The notes beneath the pieces are model-generated. The model saw only the letters and a program-made list of their open reading frames with translations, was not told where the DNA came from and did no database searches. Shown piece after piece: positions 39,774-50,321 of a stretch of 64,000 bases of DNA. The stretch lies in assembly GCA_048270185.1 (NCBI GenBank), contig JBLWTJ010000001.1:288001-352000 (forward strand). Direction: 5' to 3'. Position numbers and translations under genes: made by a program. The stretch is from Bacteriovoracaceae bacterium (GTDB lineage Bacteria > Bdellovibrionota > Bacteriovoracia > Bacteriovoracales > Bacteriovoracaceae). Every line of letters begins with the position of its first letter. The stretch's first letter is position 1.

Positions 39774-41122
39774 CGACTGAAGTATTGGTCTAATTTGTGC
39801 TTAACTTTTGGTGCTAGCCAAATGGTAGCAATCATATTCGGCACCGCCATCAGCGCAAAACCAATATCCATTGCATTAACCATATCATCTGGTGCAGAGA
39901 TTGCTCCCATTAGAACAGTACCGGCATAGAATAGGGCAAAGGTAAGTCTCGCACCAATAATCGGAATTCCCCCAAAGAGAAAATCCCAACACTTCTCACA
40001 GTAGTTTGAAGAGCCAATAACTGTTGAAAGAGCAAAGAGAATGATAGAAATTCCTAATAAGTGTGAGCCCATCATTCCAAAGTTTTTAACAAAGGCCATT
40101 TGGGTAATAAGTACACCATTACTTCCTTGTAACTCACTTGGACTAAGAGAGCTAAGAATTACAATTGAAGTCATGGTACAAACGATAATTGTATCAATAA
40201 ATGGTCCAACCATGGCCACTAGACCTTCTGCAATTGGCTCACTTGTTTTAGCATTTCCGTGTGCCATTGGTGCAGAACCTACACCTGCTTCATTTGAATA
40301 AGTTGCTCTTTTAATCCCTGTTTTAAAAATATGAAGTACAGCAAGTCCTTCAGCACCACCAATGGCAGCTCGTCCATTAAAAGCCTCTTTAAATATTAGG
40401 GCAAATACATCTGCAACATTAGCAAGATTCATAAAGATGATAACAAGGGCACTGCCTACGTAGAGAATACACATGGCCGGAACAAGTTTTGATGTCGCTT
40501 CACCAATGCGCTTAACTCCACCCATAAGGATATAGACAAGGAGACCCGCTGAAATAAGACCAGTTATATAGGTTGGTATTTCATAATTAGACTCAATAAA
40601 TGTCGCCATTTGATTAGTATTGAAAACTCCAAGTGATCCAATTAAACCTGCAAGTGCAAAGAAGTAAGCAAGAAAGTGCATATACTTAGGTAGACCCTCT
40701 AAGATGGTATACATTGGCCCACCTTGAATTTCTCCGTGGTGGTCTTTTCTTCTAAACATGACGGCAAGAGTACATTCAAAGAATTTTGTATTCATCCCAA
40801 GAAGAGCACCTACCCACATCCAAAAGATTGCCCCTGGGCCCCCCTGTGAAATCGCAACTGCAACACCGGCGACATTTCCCATCCCGACTGTTGAGGAGAG
40901 TGCATTTGTCAGTGCCTTAAAGTGAGAAATCTGACCTTGAGATTCGTCATCATGCTTGTGATGAAATTTACCTGAAATAAGTTTGAAGGCATGAATAAAG
41001 CCTCTTAGAGTCTTAAAACGTGAGATGGCAACTAAGTAGAGTCCGCCGCCAAGCAAGAGAATGATTAGGGGTAATCCCCACACAATTTCAACCGTTTCAG
41101 CAAGAAATGCGGAAAGACTCAT
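39758..41122 (-). CDS. Sodium:alanine/glycine symporter family (AlsT/AGCS)
   Basis: GMGNVAGVA, GGPGAIFWMW, GGPMY, SNEAGVGS and FIDTIIVCT motifs. Start placed at MSLSAF after AAGGA. Confidence 0.93.
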   Translation of the reverse strand: MSLSAFLAETVEIVWGLPLIILLLGGGLYLVAISRFKTLRGFIHAFKLISGKFHHKHDDESQGQISHFKALTNALSSTVGMGNVAGVAVAISQGGPGAIFWMWVGALLGMNTKFFECTLAVMFRRKDHHGEIQGGPMYTILEGLPKYMHFLAYFFALAGLIGSLGVFNTNQMATFIESNYEIPTYITGLISAGLLVYILMGGVKRIGEATSKLVPAMCILYVGSALVIIFMNLANVADVFALIFKEAFNGRAAIGGAEGLAVLHIFKTGIKRATYSNEAGVGSAPMAHGNAKTSEPIAEGLVAMVGPFIDTIIVCTMTSIVILSSLSPSELQGSNGVLITQMAFVKNFGMMGSHLLGISIILFALSTVIGSSNYCEKCWDFLFGGIPIIGARLTFALFYAGTVLMGAISAPDDMVNAMDIGFALMAVPNMIATIWLAPKVKHKLDQYFSRYLKS

Positions 41123-41163
41123 GATAATCCTTTGAAAATAGTAATAATTCAAATTTTTCCATA

Positions 41164-41180
41164 TTGGCACTCATGTTGCA
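41164..41180 (+). promoter_or_regulatory. Sigma54 (-24/-12) promoter
   Basis: TTGGCACTCATGTTGCA matches TGGCAC-N5-TTGCA exactly, 36 bp upstream of the GTG start. Confidence 0.82.
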
Positions 41181-41216
41181 ACTAATATCAATAAGAAGCA
41201 ATGAGAGAGGTATAAG

Positions 41217-44200
41217 GTGTTAAAATCCAGATTTTTACTAGCTATTCTTTTTACACTGTCGATTTTATCGACAGGTATTCACGCAAAAGATCTTCATAGC
41301 GGACCAATCTATGGGCCAGGTGATGAAGAGATCAGTAGCGAAGAAGCTCTAGTATCTGTTAAATGGCCACTTAAGTTCCTTCGCCATGATATCAATGAAG
41401 TTCTCATGGCCGATGGTGGATCATTTAAAGAAATCTCTAAGATTGACCTCGATCCAATTAACCGCACTCTCCATTTTGATGCCACTATTATCATGCCAGA
41501 TTCGATGCTTCTTTCGATGGAAGATAAGGCCGGAGATAAATTATTAAATGAACACAAACTCTCACTTGTTCTAGGATTTCCTCAATATGTAAGAGGACAG
41601 TACATAGAATTAACGATTAGAAAATTTGTTCTTGATGATGTGGATTACTCAGGTGGGATGCATATTATTACAAATGTAGCGGCAGCTCTTTTAAAGAATA
41701 GAAGTCTTATTAACTACTTTATGAATGATGATAAGGCCCCAACAGATTATTCTGATGAAGACCTATCTAAAATGATTAAAGAGTTATTTGATAACGAAGA
41801 TATCGTGATGAAAGATAATCGCATTAGACTGCGTTTTAACTTCACAAAGCTTACAGGGCTGACTCGTTATAAAGAAGTTGAAGATCTTCAAATTTGGTAT
41901 ATTGGCCCAAAGAAGGCCAAAGGGACAAAGCAGGGAGCAACATTTGTTATCGAAGCAGGGATTAAGAACCCTTCAATCAGTTATATTAAGTCAGTAAAAG
42001 ATGAAGGTAAGCTTGCTTCGCAAGAACTGCAAGAACTTAGAGCACAAGAATATATCACTTACGGATATAATAAAGACGTAGACGCTCGTTTAGAGAAAAT
42101 GCAATCAAGACTTCTTGAGGAAAGTGGTATCTTCACTTGGAATGAGAGAGAGCAATTCATTATTAAATATATGCTTCAGACGGCCGTATCAAAGGCCCGT
42201 AAAGCTCTTGATAAGAAAGACCTATACTTTATCGATGAGCCTCAAAAGGCCAATATTGAGTTCTTTAAAGCAGCTGAAGAATTTTTAAGAGTATCAGTTG
42301 CTGACTTAAAGCTGCGTCACGTGGTTGATATGCAAAATCGAAATGGTGGTGTTGTCGGTAGCAATATGCCATTTGTTAATGCTCGTATTTCACAAAATGC
42401 CATTTCTCAATTCACAAATTACTTTCGCGACTTCAAATTAATCGATAAAGAACCACTCTTTAAAGAACTAAATTTTGTTCTGGCCCCACATCTACCAGGT
42501 GTTGTTCTTAAAGGACGCGTAAATCTTGAAATGAACTCACTATTTGAGATGGGACTAGAAGGTGAAGGAATTGATTTCAATAACCCAGATATCAGACTAG
42601 ATAGCAAGACTTATGGAGATTCTGTACCATTTGAAATCTCACTCTATACTTATATGCGAGATAATGGAGTACTAGAGCTTGATATTAAAGATGCCGTTCT
42701 TGGTGAAGGACAGGCAAGAGTTCACCTAACACCAAAGACAGATAAGGGCTACTTCCTTGAAGAGTTCACGAAGCTTACAATTGCCAATATCCTAAAGACT
42801 TATCTTATTAGTGATCCTCTTGCGACAAAAGAAGACGAAACTCAAGATGATCCAGCACAGATTAAGCAAGAGTTAATTGAAAAGCTACAAAAGCTAAAAG
42901 AGAGCTTTAAAATGGCCGACAAGGTTGAGACTGTAGATGAAATTATCGCAGTTAAGAAGCTTGATCTTTCAAGCCCATTCATTTCGATCCCAGAAGAGAT
43001 GACGGAAGATAATCTTGTTGAATTCTTTAATAATATTCTTGGTATGGATAGAGAAACGGGAAGACTTCAAGTTAATCTTGATCCAACAATCTTTAGCGAA
43101 AAGATCCTCTATGCTAAGAATGACGTTCAAGTATGGAATATTGAGCCACTATTCGACAAGCTAATGGATAAGACTTATATCGATCTAGCAGTTGGAAATG
43201 GTGTAAGAACGAAGAAATACCTTGATAAGATTTATAACAGAATTGAAAAGCAAGATAGTCTAAATTTTGCTGGAACAAGCGGGAATATCGATAATGAAGG
43301 GCCTACAGATTACTCAATCAATATTGAACTTCGCCAATTTGAGTCAATGGTTAACTCAATCCTATCGGCTTCTATTGCTCCTCAAGTAAATGCAGCGAAA
43401 GAGCAGTTTAAGAGTTTAGAAGAAGGAAGCGTTAATATCCTTGAAGACCTTGTTCTTAAATCACAAAGTGATAATGAGCTATATCTTAAGATTTCACTAA
43501 ATCAAATGACAAAGAAGAAGCGCTGGTTTGGTGCCCGTATGTGGAACGGAATGTTTAACCGTGAAGACAAGAACTATATTATTGAAAATAACAGATCATC
43601 AATCATGGCAAAAATTAAACTACATGCAGTTGATCTAAAAGATTATAAGAAAGACCTTCTTGAGAAGAATCGAAATGAGATTTTCCTAGGTAACACTCTC
43701 CTTAAGATTGAACTTGAGTCAATCGGACGTACACTTAAGAATCCAGGAATCTTTGGTTCAGTTCTTAACTTCCTAATTGGGGACGTAAACCTTAAAAATG
43801 GAATCGTTGGTGCAAACCTTAAGAAGCTTGTCTTAAAGATTGCAGGACCTATGCTTAACCCAACAGATAGTGAAAATGGAAATGTAACACTTGCTGGTTT
43901 TGCCCTTAATAACTACCTAAAGGTATTTACAACTAAGAAAGATATCCTACTACAACTTAACCCAAGACTTGCAGGACCTGTATGGGATCTACTTCTAGTA
44001 AAAGATCAAAATTTTAAAGGAAGAAAAATTGGTGTGGGGATTAACCACCAAGAAAAGAAGATCAACTTTGACTTTAAGATGGTCTTTAACCCATCAACAG
44101 TTGATAAGCACGAGCTATACCTAATTATGGAAGAAGCTAAGAATATTTCTCTCGCAGTTAAAAAAGGTGAAATTAGCTCTACGGCAGACCTTATTAAGGT

Positions 44201-44621
44201 ATACGACAGACTTTACTACAATAGTGATATCACAAAGCTATCTCTTGTTCACAGACTTAAGAAAGTAATCAATAGCTACGATGCACTAGCACTATTAAAA
44301 GAGGACGATGCTAATCGAGACAATTATTCAACAACTGGTGCAGAGCTTATGCAAATTGCATCTGCTGCCAAGGTTATCAGCGATGCCCTTAGGGAAGTAA
44401 GCGAGCTTTCTCATGAGCAGGCCATTGCAAGCTATGCTTCAAACGCCATGAGAATTCACGATGATCTCGAAGAGAATTATATTGGGCCATTTAAGACTCT
44501 CTATCTTAAGAGATACCAGGCCAATAATAAGAAGATCATTGATGGCGACATCACTGACTGGACTCTCTACATCCTTCCAGACGCACTTTTTGCACAGAAG
44601 GCCTACGAGTTCTTAAACTAG
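41217..44621 (+). CDS. Large secreted hypothetical protein (1134 aa) with three degenerate internal repeats
   Basis: Long ORF with GAGG RBS and signal peptide. No recognisable catalytic motif and no Cys. Confidence 0.85.
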   Translation: MLKSRFLLAILFTLSILSTGIHAKDLHSGPIYGPGDEEISSEEALVSVKWPLKFLRHDINEVLMADGGSFKEISKIDLDPINRTLHFDATIIMPDSMLLSMEDKAGDKLLNEHKLSLVLGFPQYVRGQYIELTIRKFVLDDVDYSGGMHIITNVAAALLKNRSLINYFMNDDKAPTDYSDEDLSKMIKELFDNEDIVMKDNRIRLRFNFTKLTGLTRYKEVEDLQIWYIGPKKAKGTKQGATFVIEAGIKNPSISYIKSVKDEGKLASQELQELRAQEYITYGYNKDVDARLEKMQSRLLEESGIFTWNEREQFIIKYMLQTAVSKARKALDKKDLYFIDEPQKANIEFFKAAEEFLRVSVADLKLRHVVDMQNRNGGVVGSNMPFVNARISQNAISQFTNYFRDFKLIDKEPLFKELNFVLAPHLPGVVLKGRVNLEMNSLFEMGLEGEGIDFNNPDIRLDSKTYGDSVPFEISLYTYMRDNGVLELDIKDAVLGEGQARVHLTPKTDKGYFLEEFTKLTIANILKTYLISDPLATKEDETQDDPAQIKQELIEKLQKLKESFKMADKVETVDEIIAVKKLDLSSPFISIPEEMTEDNLVEFFNNILGMDRETGRLQVNLDPTIFSEKILYAKNDVQVWNIEPLFDKLMDKTYIDLAVGNGVRTKKYLDKIYNRIEKQDSLNFAGTSGNIDNEGPTDYSINIELRQFESMVNSILSASIAPQVNAAKEQFKSLEEGSVNILEDLVLKSQSDNELYLKISLNQMTKKKRWFGARMWNGMFNREDKNYIIENNRSSIMAKIKLHAVDLKDYKKDLLEKNRNEIFLGNTLLKIELESIGRTLKNPGIFGSVLNFLIGDVNLKNGIVGANLKKLVLKIAGPMLNPTDSENGNVTLAGFALNNYLKVFTTKKDILLQLNPRLAGPVWDLLLVKDQNFKGRKIGVGINHQEKKINFDFKMVFNPSTVDKHELYLIMEEAKNISLAVKKGEISSTADLIKVYDRLYYNSDITKLSLVHRLKKVINSYDALALLKEDDANRDNYSTTGAELMQIASAAKVISDALREVSELSHEQAIASYASNAMRIHDDLEENYIGPFKTLYLKRYQANNKKIIDGDITDWTLYILPDALFAQKAYEFLN

Positions 44622-44634
44622 AAAATCCTTGGGC

Positions 44635-45426
44635 CTACTTCATTGTCGAAGGGCCAAGAATATAATTTAATCCTAAGAATAAACTTGAACGATAGCCTCT
44701 TTTTGTTAAGGGGCTATCTTCCACCGCACTCGAATACTTCGTATAAGAATAGAAAGCATTAAGGGCATATTTATCAGCAACAGGGTAGTTAAAGATTAAT
44801 CGTCCACCATACTTATGAGTCGCATTTGGTGTAAACTCTGGGCGATCGGCGCGCGCTTCTTCTGGAGAGACACCAAAGTAATAACGAGACCAATTCTTTG
44901 TATGCTGAGCATAGAAAAGACCTGGCACAATACTAAGCTTTTTGTTCTTCCAAATATTAAATTGAAATGCCTTAGAAACCCCAAAAGAATATTTGATACC
45001 TTCTGAATGACCACTAATGTCTCGCTCAACTGAAAGGTTTGAAATGAAGTACTTACCAGGAATCATGAGAGTTAGGCCCAGATCAAGTGAGCGCTTGCGT
45101 CTAGTTAGGCCTTGATTATATTCACCATCATCGGGATCAACACTATTAAAGTCAGGCTTTAATGTAAGGCGTGTTAAAGGAAGTAGACGAAAACTTGCGG
45201 CCACACCACGAAATGAAAATCTCTTATAATTATAATTAATTGAAGGAACAACTGGGATATCGAAAGTATCGCCTTCTTTGTAGAGAGATGTTGAAAAACT
45301 TGATCCAAATCCAATCTGATTGGTTGGCGTGGGCCTTTTCGCTCTTTGTTTTTCTAAATTTTCTAATTGCTCAGTTCTGCCATTAGCAAAAACAAAGGGC
45401 CCATTTAACAGGGCCCCTATAAGCAT
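44635..45426 (-). CDS. MipA/OmpV family outer-membrane protein
   Basis: YK...VVP, RDISGHSEG, YFGVSPEEA, SSAVEDSPL and terminal LGLNY beta-strand. Start placed at the TAATG overlap with the upstream gene. Confidence 0.85.
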   Translation of the reverse strand: MLIGALLNGPFVFANGRTEQLENLEKQRAKRPTPTNQIGFGSSFSTSLYKEGDTFDIPVVPSINYNYKRFSFRGVAASFRLLPLTRLTLKPDFNSVDPDDGEYNQGLTRRKRSLDLGLTLMIPGKYFISNLSVERDISGHSEGIKYSFGVSKAFQFNIWKNKKLSIVPGLFYAQHTKNWSRYYFGVSPEEARADRPEFTPNATHKYGGRLIFNYPVADKYALNAFYSYTKYSSAVEDSPLTKRGYRSSLFLGLNYILGPSTMK

Positions 45427-46550
45427 TATTTTGAAAAGTACTTTTTGATTACTTGGCAAACATATTCGCATTCTTCTTCCGTGATATAAGCGTAACAAGG
45501 TAGGTTTAAAACGGCCTTACTAATGTAGTCCGCATTTCCATTATCAATTTTTCCAACTGAATATGCTGGAGCAGCTTCTTGCATACTCATTGCACCTGGA
45601 TAAATTGTTCCAAAACCAATATTTGCTTCTTTAAGAGCTTCCCCAAGTCCTTCTCTAAGCTCAGGATCAATTAGAGCAACTGAACAGTAACCATTCTCTT
45701 CAACATGTGAAGGAACTGACTGAAGCTTCAGCGGAAGTCCTTGTAGGTTTTCTTTATAGTAATTTACGGCCGCACGACGTGAATCAAGGCGTGCATCAAT
45801 ATGGTCTAGTGACATATTTAGAAATAGTGACTCGTATGCACCAATTCTTGAGTTCCAACCAATGAGGCCATGAGAATAGTGGCTTGTACGTCCATGATTA
45901 ATAAGCGTACGACAAGTATTAATTAGATTTTCATCAGTTGAGAAGATCGCACCAGCGTCTCCTGAAGCACCTAGAACCTTTGCAGGGTAGAAGCTAGTCG
46001 TTGAAATCTTCGCACTTCCAAGAATCGACTTTCCGTTAATTCTTGTTCCAAAGCACTGGGCCCCGTCTTCAATTAACATAACGCCAGCATCTTCTGCGAT
46101 CTTTCTAATTTCCATTGTATCTGGACATGCCCAACCATATAGGTGAACAAGGATGGCCGCTTTTGGCTTAAATTTCTCAATAGCTTCCTTAAAAGTTTCT
46201 TTATCCCAGTGAAGTGTTTCACGGTTTACATCAATTGTTGCAGGATTTGCACCAACGTTAACAACTGCTTCAAATGTTGCCCAAAAAGTCATATCTGGAA
46301 CAAGAACAGTATCGTTCTTCTCAACACCACTTGCACGTAGTGCAATTTGGATGGCATCAGTACCGTTGGCACAGCCAACAACGTGCTTTGCTTCGGCCTT
46401 GGCCTGTAGCTTTTCTTCGAGCATATTGACCTGAGGTCCGCCGATAAATTGTGTGTTATCAAATAATGTTTCGACACCTTTTAAAAATTCATCTCTGAAT
46501 CCATCTTCGAAACGATTTAGGGTAATAAATGGTACGCCGTTTACAGACAT
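45426..46550 (-). CDS. DegT/DnrJ/EryC1/StrS family PLP-dependent sugar aminotransferase
   Basis: ANGTDAI, VHLYG, IEDGAQ, SFYPAKVLG and G.NSR motifs. Confidence 0.93.
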   Translation of the reverse strand: MSVNGVPFITLNRFEDGFRDEFLKGVETLFDNTQFIGGPQVNMLEEKLQAKAEAKHVVGCANGTDAIQIALRASGVEKNDTVLVPDMTFWATFEAVVNVGANPATIDVNRETLHWDKETFKEAIEKFKPKAAILVHLYGWACPDTMEIRKIAEDAGVMLIEDGAQCFGTRINGKSILGSAKISTTSFYPAKVLGASGDAGAIFSTDENLINTCRTLINHGRTSHYSHGLIGWNSRIGAYESLFLNMSLDHIDARLDSRRAAVNYYKENLQGLPLKLQSVPSHVEENGYCSVALIDPELREGLGEALKEANIGFGTIYPGAMSMQEAAPAYSVGKIDNGNADYISKAVLNLPCYAYITEEECEYVCQVIKKYFSK

Positions 46551-46744
46551 AATTCCTCGCTTGAGTAAGTGATTTTAGACCATTATATGGGAAATGAGAT
46601 GACTTAGAAATGGAAATTTTACCTACAAATAGGCGAGTAGTTTACTCAATAAATTTCAGGCTACACTATATATAGTTTTGACACCCCAGTTTATTTTTCA
46701 ATAGCGTTCATTCCTGAATAAATTTCTGTTATTTTGGACGCATT

Positions 46745-47710
46745 ATGATGAAAAATAGCCTAAAAACACTCGCTTCAATACTTCTAATTTCTCAATCATT
46801 TGCTTCACAGGCAATCTCAATGGATGCTACAAGCTTTCGTGAGACCATTGAAGGAGTCATTTCACTCTATGATAGTGAATTACCAGCTAATCGCAATATT
46901 GATATTTCATGGGAATCTGAGACTCTAAACGCTTCCGTTGGGCTTGGAAAGAATGGTGTGACAAATTTTAGTTTCCACGGTGGTTTTGCGAGAGAAAATA
47001 ATCTCAATCAAGATGCCTATGCCGTGGTTGTTTGCCATGAAGTCGGCCATATTGTTGGAGGTTATCCGAAGGTGATGCCAACTCAGAAGTACACAAGTGA
47101 GGCCCAGTCAGATTACTTTGCTGCCAATGACTGCTTAAAGAAATTCTTTGCTAGTAAGCCAATCAATTTAGCTCAAATAGATCTTTCCAATATTGATGAA
47201 AAGAAGATCGCCGATTGCCGAGAAGATCAATTATGTCTTAGAGGTCTTGCGGCCATTCGTGATGTATCTGTGATTTATCCGGGCTCAAGTATTAATGCAA
47301 AAGAAAATAAGGTTGCAGAGTTTACTAACTTCAACTCATACCCATCAAATCAATGTCGTGTCGATACACTAGTGGCAGGCCTAATGAGGCATCCAAGGCC
47401 TACTTGTTGGTTTAAGGGTTATCAGAAAGATCGTTATGAGTATGAGCCTGAGTACGAATATGAAGAAGCGCAGATCGTTGCTGAGATCACTACGATTACA
47501 CCGACATTCTATGGTTGCCACCTTACGACAAAATACCCTGACTACTGGCGTACAGGCTACTTTTCGTCATTGACTGAAAGTGATTTAATGACAATTGGGG
47601 CCACGATGGTAGGGGATTGTTCAAAGTATAAAGTAGGCGGGACTCTAAGTGGTGTTCTGACACTCTTTAAAAAGGCATTGTATTTAAATATTGAAGCGAG
47701 AGATATGTAG
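46745..47710 (+). CDS. Secreted putative zinc metallopeptidase (HEXXH)
   Basis: Signal peptide, LNA, VVCHEVGH and SEAQSDY (third ligand Glu, M48-like arrangement). Confidence 0.65.
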   Translation: MMKNSLKTLASILLISQSFASQAISMDATSFRETIEGVISLYDSELPANRNIDISWESETLNASVGLGKNGVTNFSFHGGFARENNLNQDAYAVVVCHEVGHIVGGYPKVMPTQKYTSEAQSDYFAANDCLKKFFASKPINLAQIDLSNIDEKKIADCREDQLCLRGLAAIRDVSVIYPGSSINAKENKVAEFTNFNSYPSNQCRVDTLVAGLMRHPRPTCWFKGYQKDRYEYEPEYEYEEAQIVAEITTITPTFYGCHLTTKYPDYWRTGYFSSLTESDLMTIGATMVGDCSKYKVGGTLSGVLTLFKKALYLNIEARDM

Positions 47711-47803
47711 TCATACCCGATTTTTTTACTTTTTTTTAAGTTTTATTTGCGCACCTTGCCCTCAATAATAATGAAATAATTCATTTAAAAACTTGGGGGC
47801 CAT

Positions 47804-48319
47804 ATGAAATATTTCATTTGTATTTTATTACTTTTTTCTGCGCACGCATCACGTTCAAAATTTGGAACATCATCAAAAATAAGCTTTCGCTGTCAAGTTG
47901 ATATCTTCAATAAGCTAGTTGATCCAACAACATATAAGGCCTATGCAGGTGACTTAGTTAATTCAGTCATGCACGAGCAATATAATAATGTCACAGACCG
48001 TGATCTTAAAAAGCTTGTGGAATTAGATAATGGTAAGAGCTTATTTTCAAATGCATTAATTGGTGGTGCTGGCTATCTTAGATGGTCAGTCATTGAAACA
48101 AATGATGATGGCATCGTCGTTGATCTCGAAAATATCAAGTCACCAATCACGGCCCGTACCATTTACAGTAACCGTGCTCATGATCACGCAAGAAATATGA
48201 AATCAATCGGAGAGTCAGATTCATATCTGTATCGAATTGAATGTTCTAAAGTCGATACAGACGGTAAGGATGTGAAAAAACCGACAATGAATAAAGGTGT
48301 CGCAACATATCCAAACTAG
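47804..48319 (+). CDS. Secreted hypothetical protein
   Basis: GGGGG RBS, signal peptide and two mature Cys. Confidence 0.7.
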   Translation: MKYFICILLLFSAHASRSKFGTSSKISFRCQVDIFNKLVDPTTYKAYAGDLVNSVMHEQYNNVTDRDLKKLVELDNGKSLFSNALIGGAGYLRWSVIETNDDGIVVDLENIKSPITARTIYSNRAHDHARNMKSIGESDSYLYRIECSKVDTDGKDVKKPTMNKGVATYPN

Positions 48320-48336
48320 TGTAAAATAGACCTTAT

Positions 48337-49665
48337 ATGGTCGATGATTTAAATGAGAATAATGTTTATGACTGCATCGTTATTGGTGCAGGGATTGCAG
48401 GCTTAACAGCAGCCTACGAGCTACATAAAGCAGGTCTAAGAGTACTTATCCTTGAGTCCAAGGACTACGTTGGTGGCCGTATCCAAACCATAAGCACAGA
48501 TCAAAAGCATGTTGATACAGGAGCGCAATTCTTTAGCTCTGAGTACCATACAATCCTATCTCTTATTAAAGATTTAAATTTGGAAAATTCGCTAGGGGAG
48601 ACATCCCCAAAAGCGGCCAGCTTAAAAGATAGGAAGCTTCGAATACTTAATAAGAATAATCCTCTGTCCCTTTGGCTAAGTGGTCTTTTTGGTTTCATGG
48701 ACTTTATGAAATTAGGATTATCAATTTTTAAATTACAATCAAAATTAAAGAAAATTCGTCTTGAACGAATAAGTGATTGGCATGAATTTGATAATGAAGA
48801 TGCTGCAAGTTGGTCATTAAAAAACCTTAATAAAAATATCTTGGATTATCTTATCGAGCCTTTTATTTCAGGGTTTACTTACACATCTCCTGAGAAATCT
48901 TCGGCCATGTTAGCGGCGAGAACCCTTGGGCACCTGAGTGCTAATACGGATCTTTTGGCCTTAGAAAATGGCCTCTATATGATAATTGATGCCTTAGCAA
49001 AGAAGCTTGAAATCATTAAAAGCTGTGAAGTTCTTGAGATATCTGAAGGCAAAATATTAACAAATAAAGGGGAGTTTCACGCAGGGAAAATCGTGTGTAC
49101 AACCCCTAGTAAAACCGCCAAAAAATTGGCCTATATGCCCTATCAAAATTTAGAAATTTTTGACCTCAATTATTCGGCCACCATGCATTTATCCTACCTA
49201 ATTGATAAGGATTTGATTCCAAATAAAGATGGGATTTATGGCATGATGATAAGTCATCTGGAGAGTTCGTTAATTAATGTCGTATCTTTTGAAAGTTTTA
49301 AGCATCCAGGACTTGTCACAGATCCTTCAAAAGAATTGATCAATATTATGCTTACAAATTCAGGTGCTATGAAATTATGGGATTTATCTGATGATGAGAT
49401 CCATGATGAAATAATTCGAGAGCTCAAAATCGTTTTTAAGCTTCCTGAAATAAAAGTCCATGCAAAGACCTTAGTAAAATGGGATAAGGCCATACCGTTA
49501 TTTCATCAAGGACATGTTAAAGCGATATGCAAGTATCGTGATGAATTAAGTGCAGATGATACGTTATTCTTTGCAGGAGATTATCTGGGAACGCCGTGTT
49601 CGGAAGGTGCTGCCGAGTCGGCCAAATTCATTGCCGATGTCATCACATCTAAAAGATCATCATAA
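48337..49665 (+). CDS. FAD-dependent oxidoreductase (flavin amine oxidase / HemY-like)
   Basis: IGAGIAGL, ES...VGGR, DTGAQF and FFAGDY...EGAAESA motifs. Confidence 0.85.
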   Translation: MVDDLNENNVYDCIVIGAGIAGLTAAYELHKAGLRVLILESKDYVGGRIQTISTDQKHVDTGAQFFSSEYHTILSLIKDLNLENSLGETSPKAASLKDRKLRILNKNNPLSLWLSGLFGFMDFMKLGLSIFKLQSKLKKIRLERISDWHEFDNEDAASWSLKNLNKNILDYLIEPFISGFTYTSPEKSSAMLAARTLGHLSANTDLLALENGLYMIIDALAKKLEIIKSCEVLEISEGKILTNKGEFHAGKIVCTTPSKTAKKLAYMPYQNLEIFDLNYSATMHLSYLIDKDLIPNKDGIYGMMISHLESSLINVVSFESFKHPGLVTDPSKELINIMLTNSGAMKLWDLSDDEIHDEIIRELKIVFKLPEIKVHAKTLVKWDKAIPLFHQGHVKAICKYRDELSADDTLFFAGDYLGTPCSEGAAESAKFIADVITSKRSS

Positions 49666-49739
49666 GGGTTAATATTGCCTTATATGTCACATGGGATATT
49701 TAGGCTAAAATAAGAAGATATTGATTTCATATACGCCTT

Positions 49740-49767
49740 ACCCCATATAACGAATATTATATGGGGT
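49740..49767. other. Perfect 11-6-11 palindrome (dif-like site or hairpin)
   Basis: ACCCCATATAA-CGAATA-TTATATGGGGT in an intergenic region. Confidence 0.6.
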
Positions 49768-49829
49768 GATTTGTTTTCCCCCTCTATCACATATCCCAGA
49801 TCATTTAATTCAAATTATCGACTAATTGC

Positions 49830-50321
49830 TTAGCCAATAATTCGAATCACTGGGTCCATAAATTTCGAATTCTTTGAAATTCGTCCAGGTACTGCAAAGA
49901 AGAAAATCATCATAAGATAATTCACTATTGGTAGTATCATTAAAACGACTGCAATAAACACATAACGAAATTTCAAGCTTCCAAAAATATCTCTTAGTCT
50001 CTTTAAATGAAAAAGAATAATTCGATAGACATAAAGAATTGAAATCATCAAAAGCCATACTGAACATAAGAGATTCCCCATCGGAGATGGCCTTATCCCT
50101 GCACGAAGGGTTTCATTAAATAATAGATCGACATTTAAGCTTAAAGTTCCAAAGTCAAACAGGCCATATGCTATTGAGTAAACCTTGAAAGTATCTGTTC
50201 CATAGATAAAAAATAGCCCAGATAAACTTAGAATAAAGAGCAATACGTTTGTAAGTACAAAACCTTGAAGTAGAAAATTAGAGCGACTTGATACACCCTT
50301 CCAGCTGCTGAATAATTTCAT
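49830..50321 (-). CDS. DUF805-like membrane protein
   Basis: FSSWKG.SSRSNF at the N-terminus, KRLRDI, several TM helices and PG near the C-terminus. Confidence 0.65.
   Translation of the reverse strand: MKLFSSWKGVSSRSNFLLQGFVLTNVLLFILSLSGLFFIYGTDTFKVYSIAYGLFDFGTLSLNVDLLFNETLRAGIRPSPMGNLLCSVWLLMISILYVYRIILFHLKRLRDIFGSLKFRYVFIAVVLMILPIVNYLMMIFFFAVPGRISKNSKFMDPVIRIIG

Noticed and set aside
45427..45498. Longer N-terminus for the MipA ORF given in the track
   Set aside because: It overlaps the aminotransferase. The TAATG-coupled start at 45426 gives a more plausible signal peptide.
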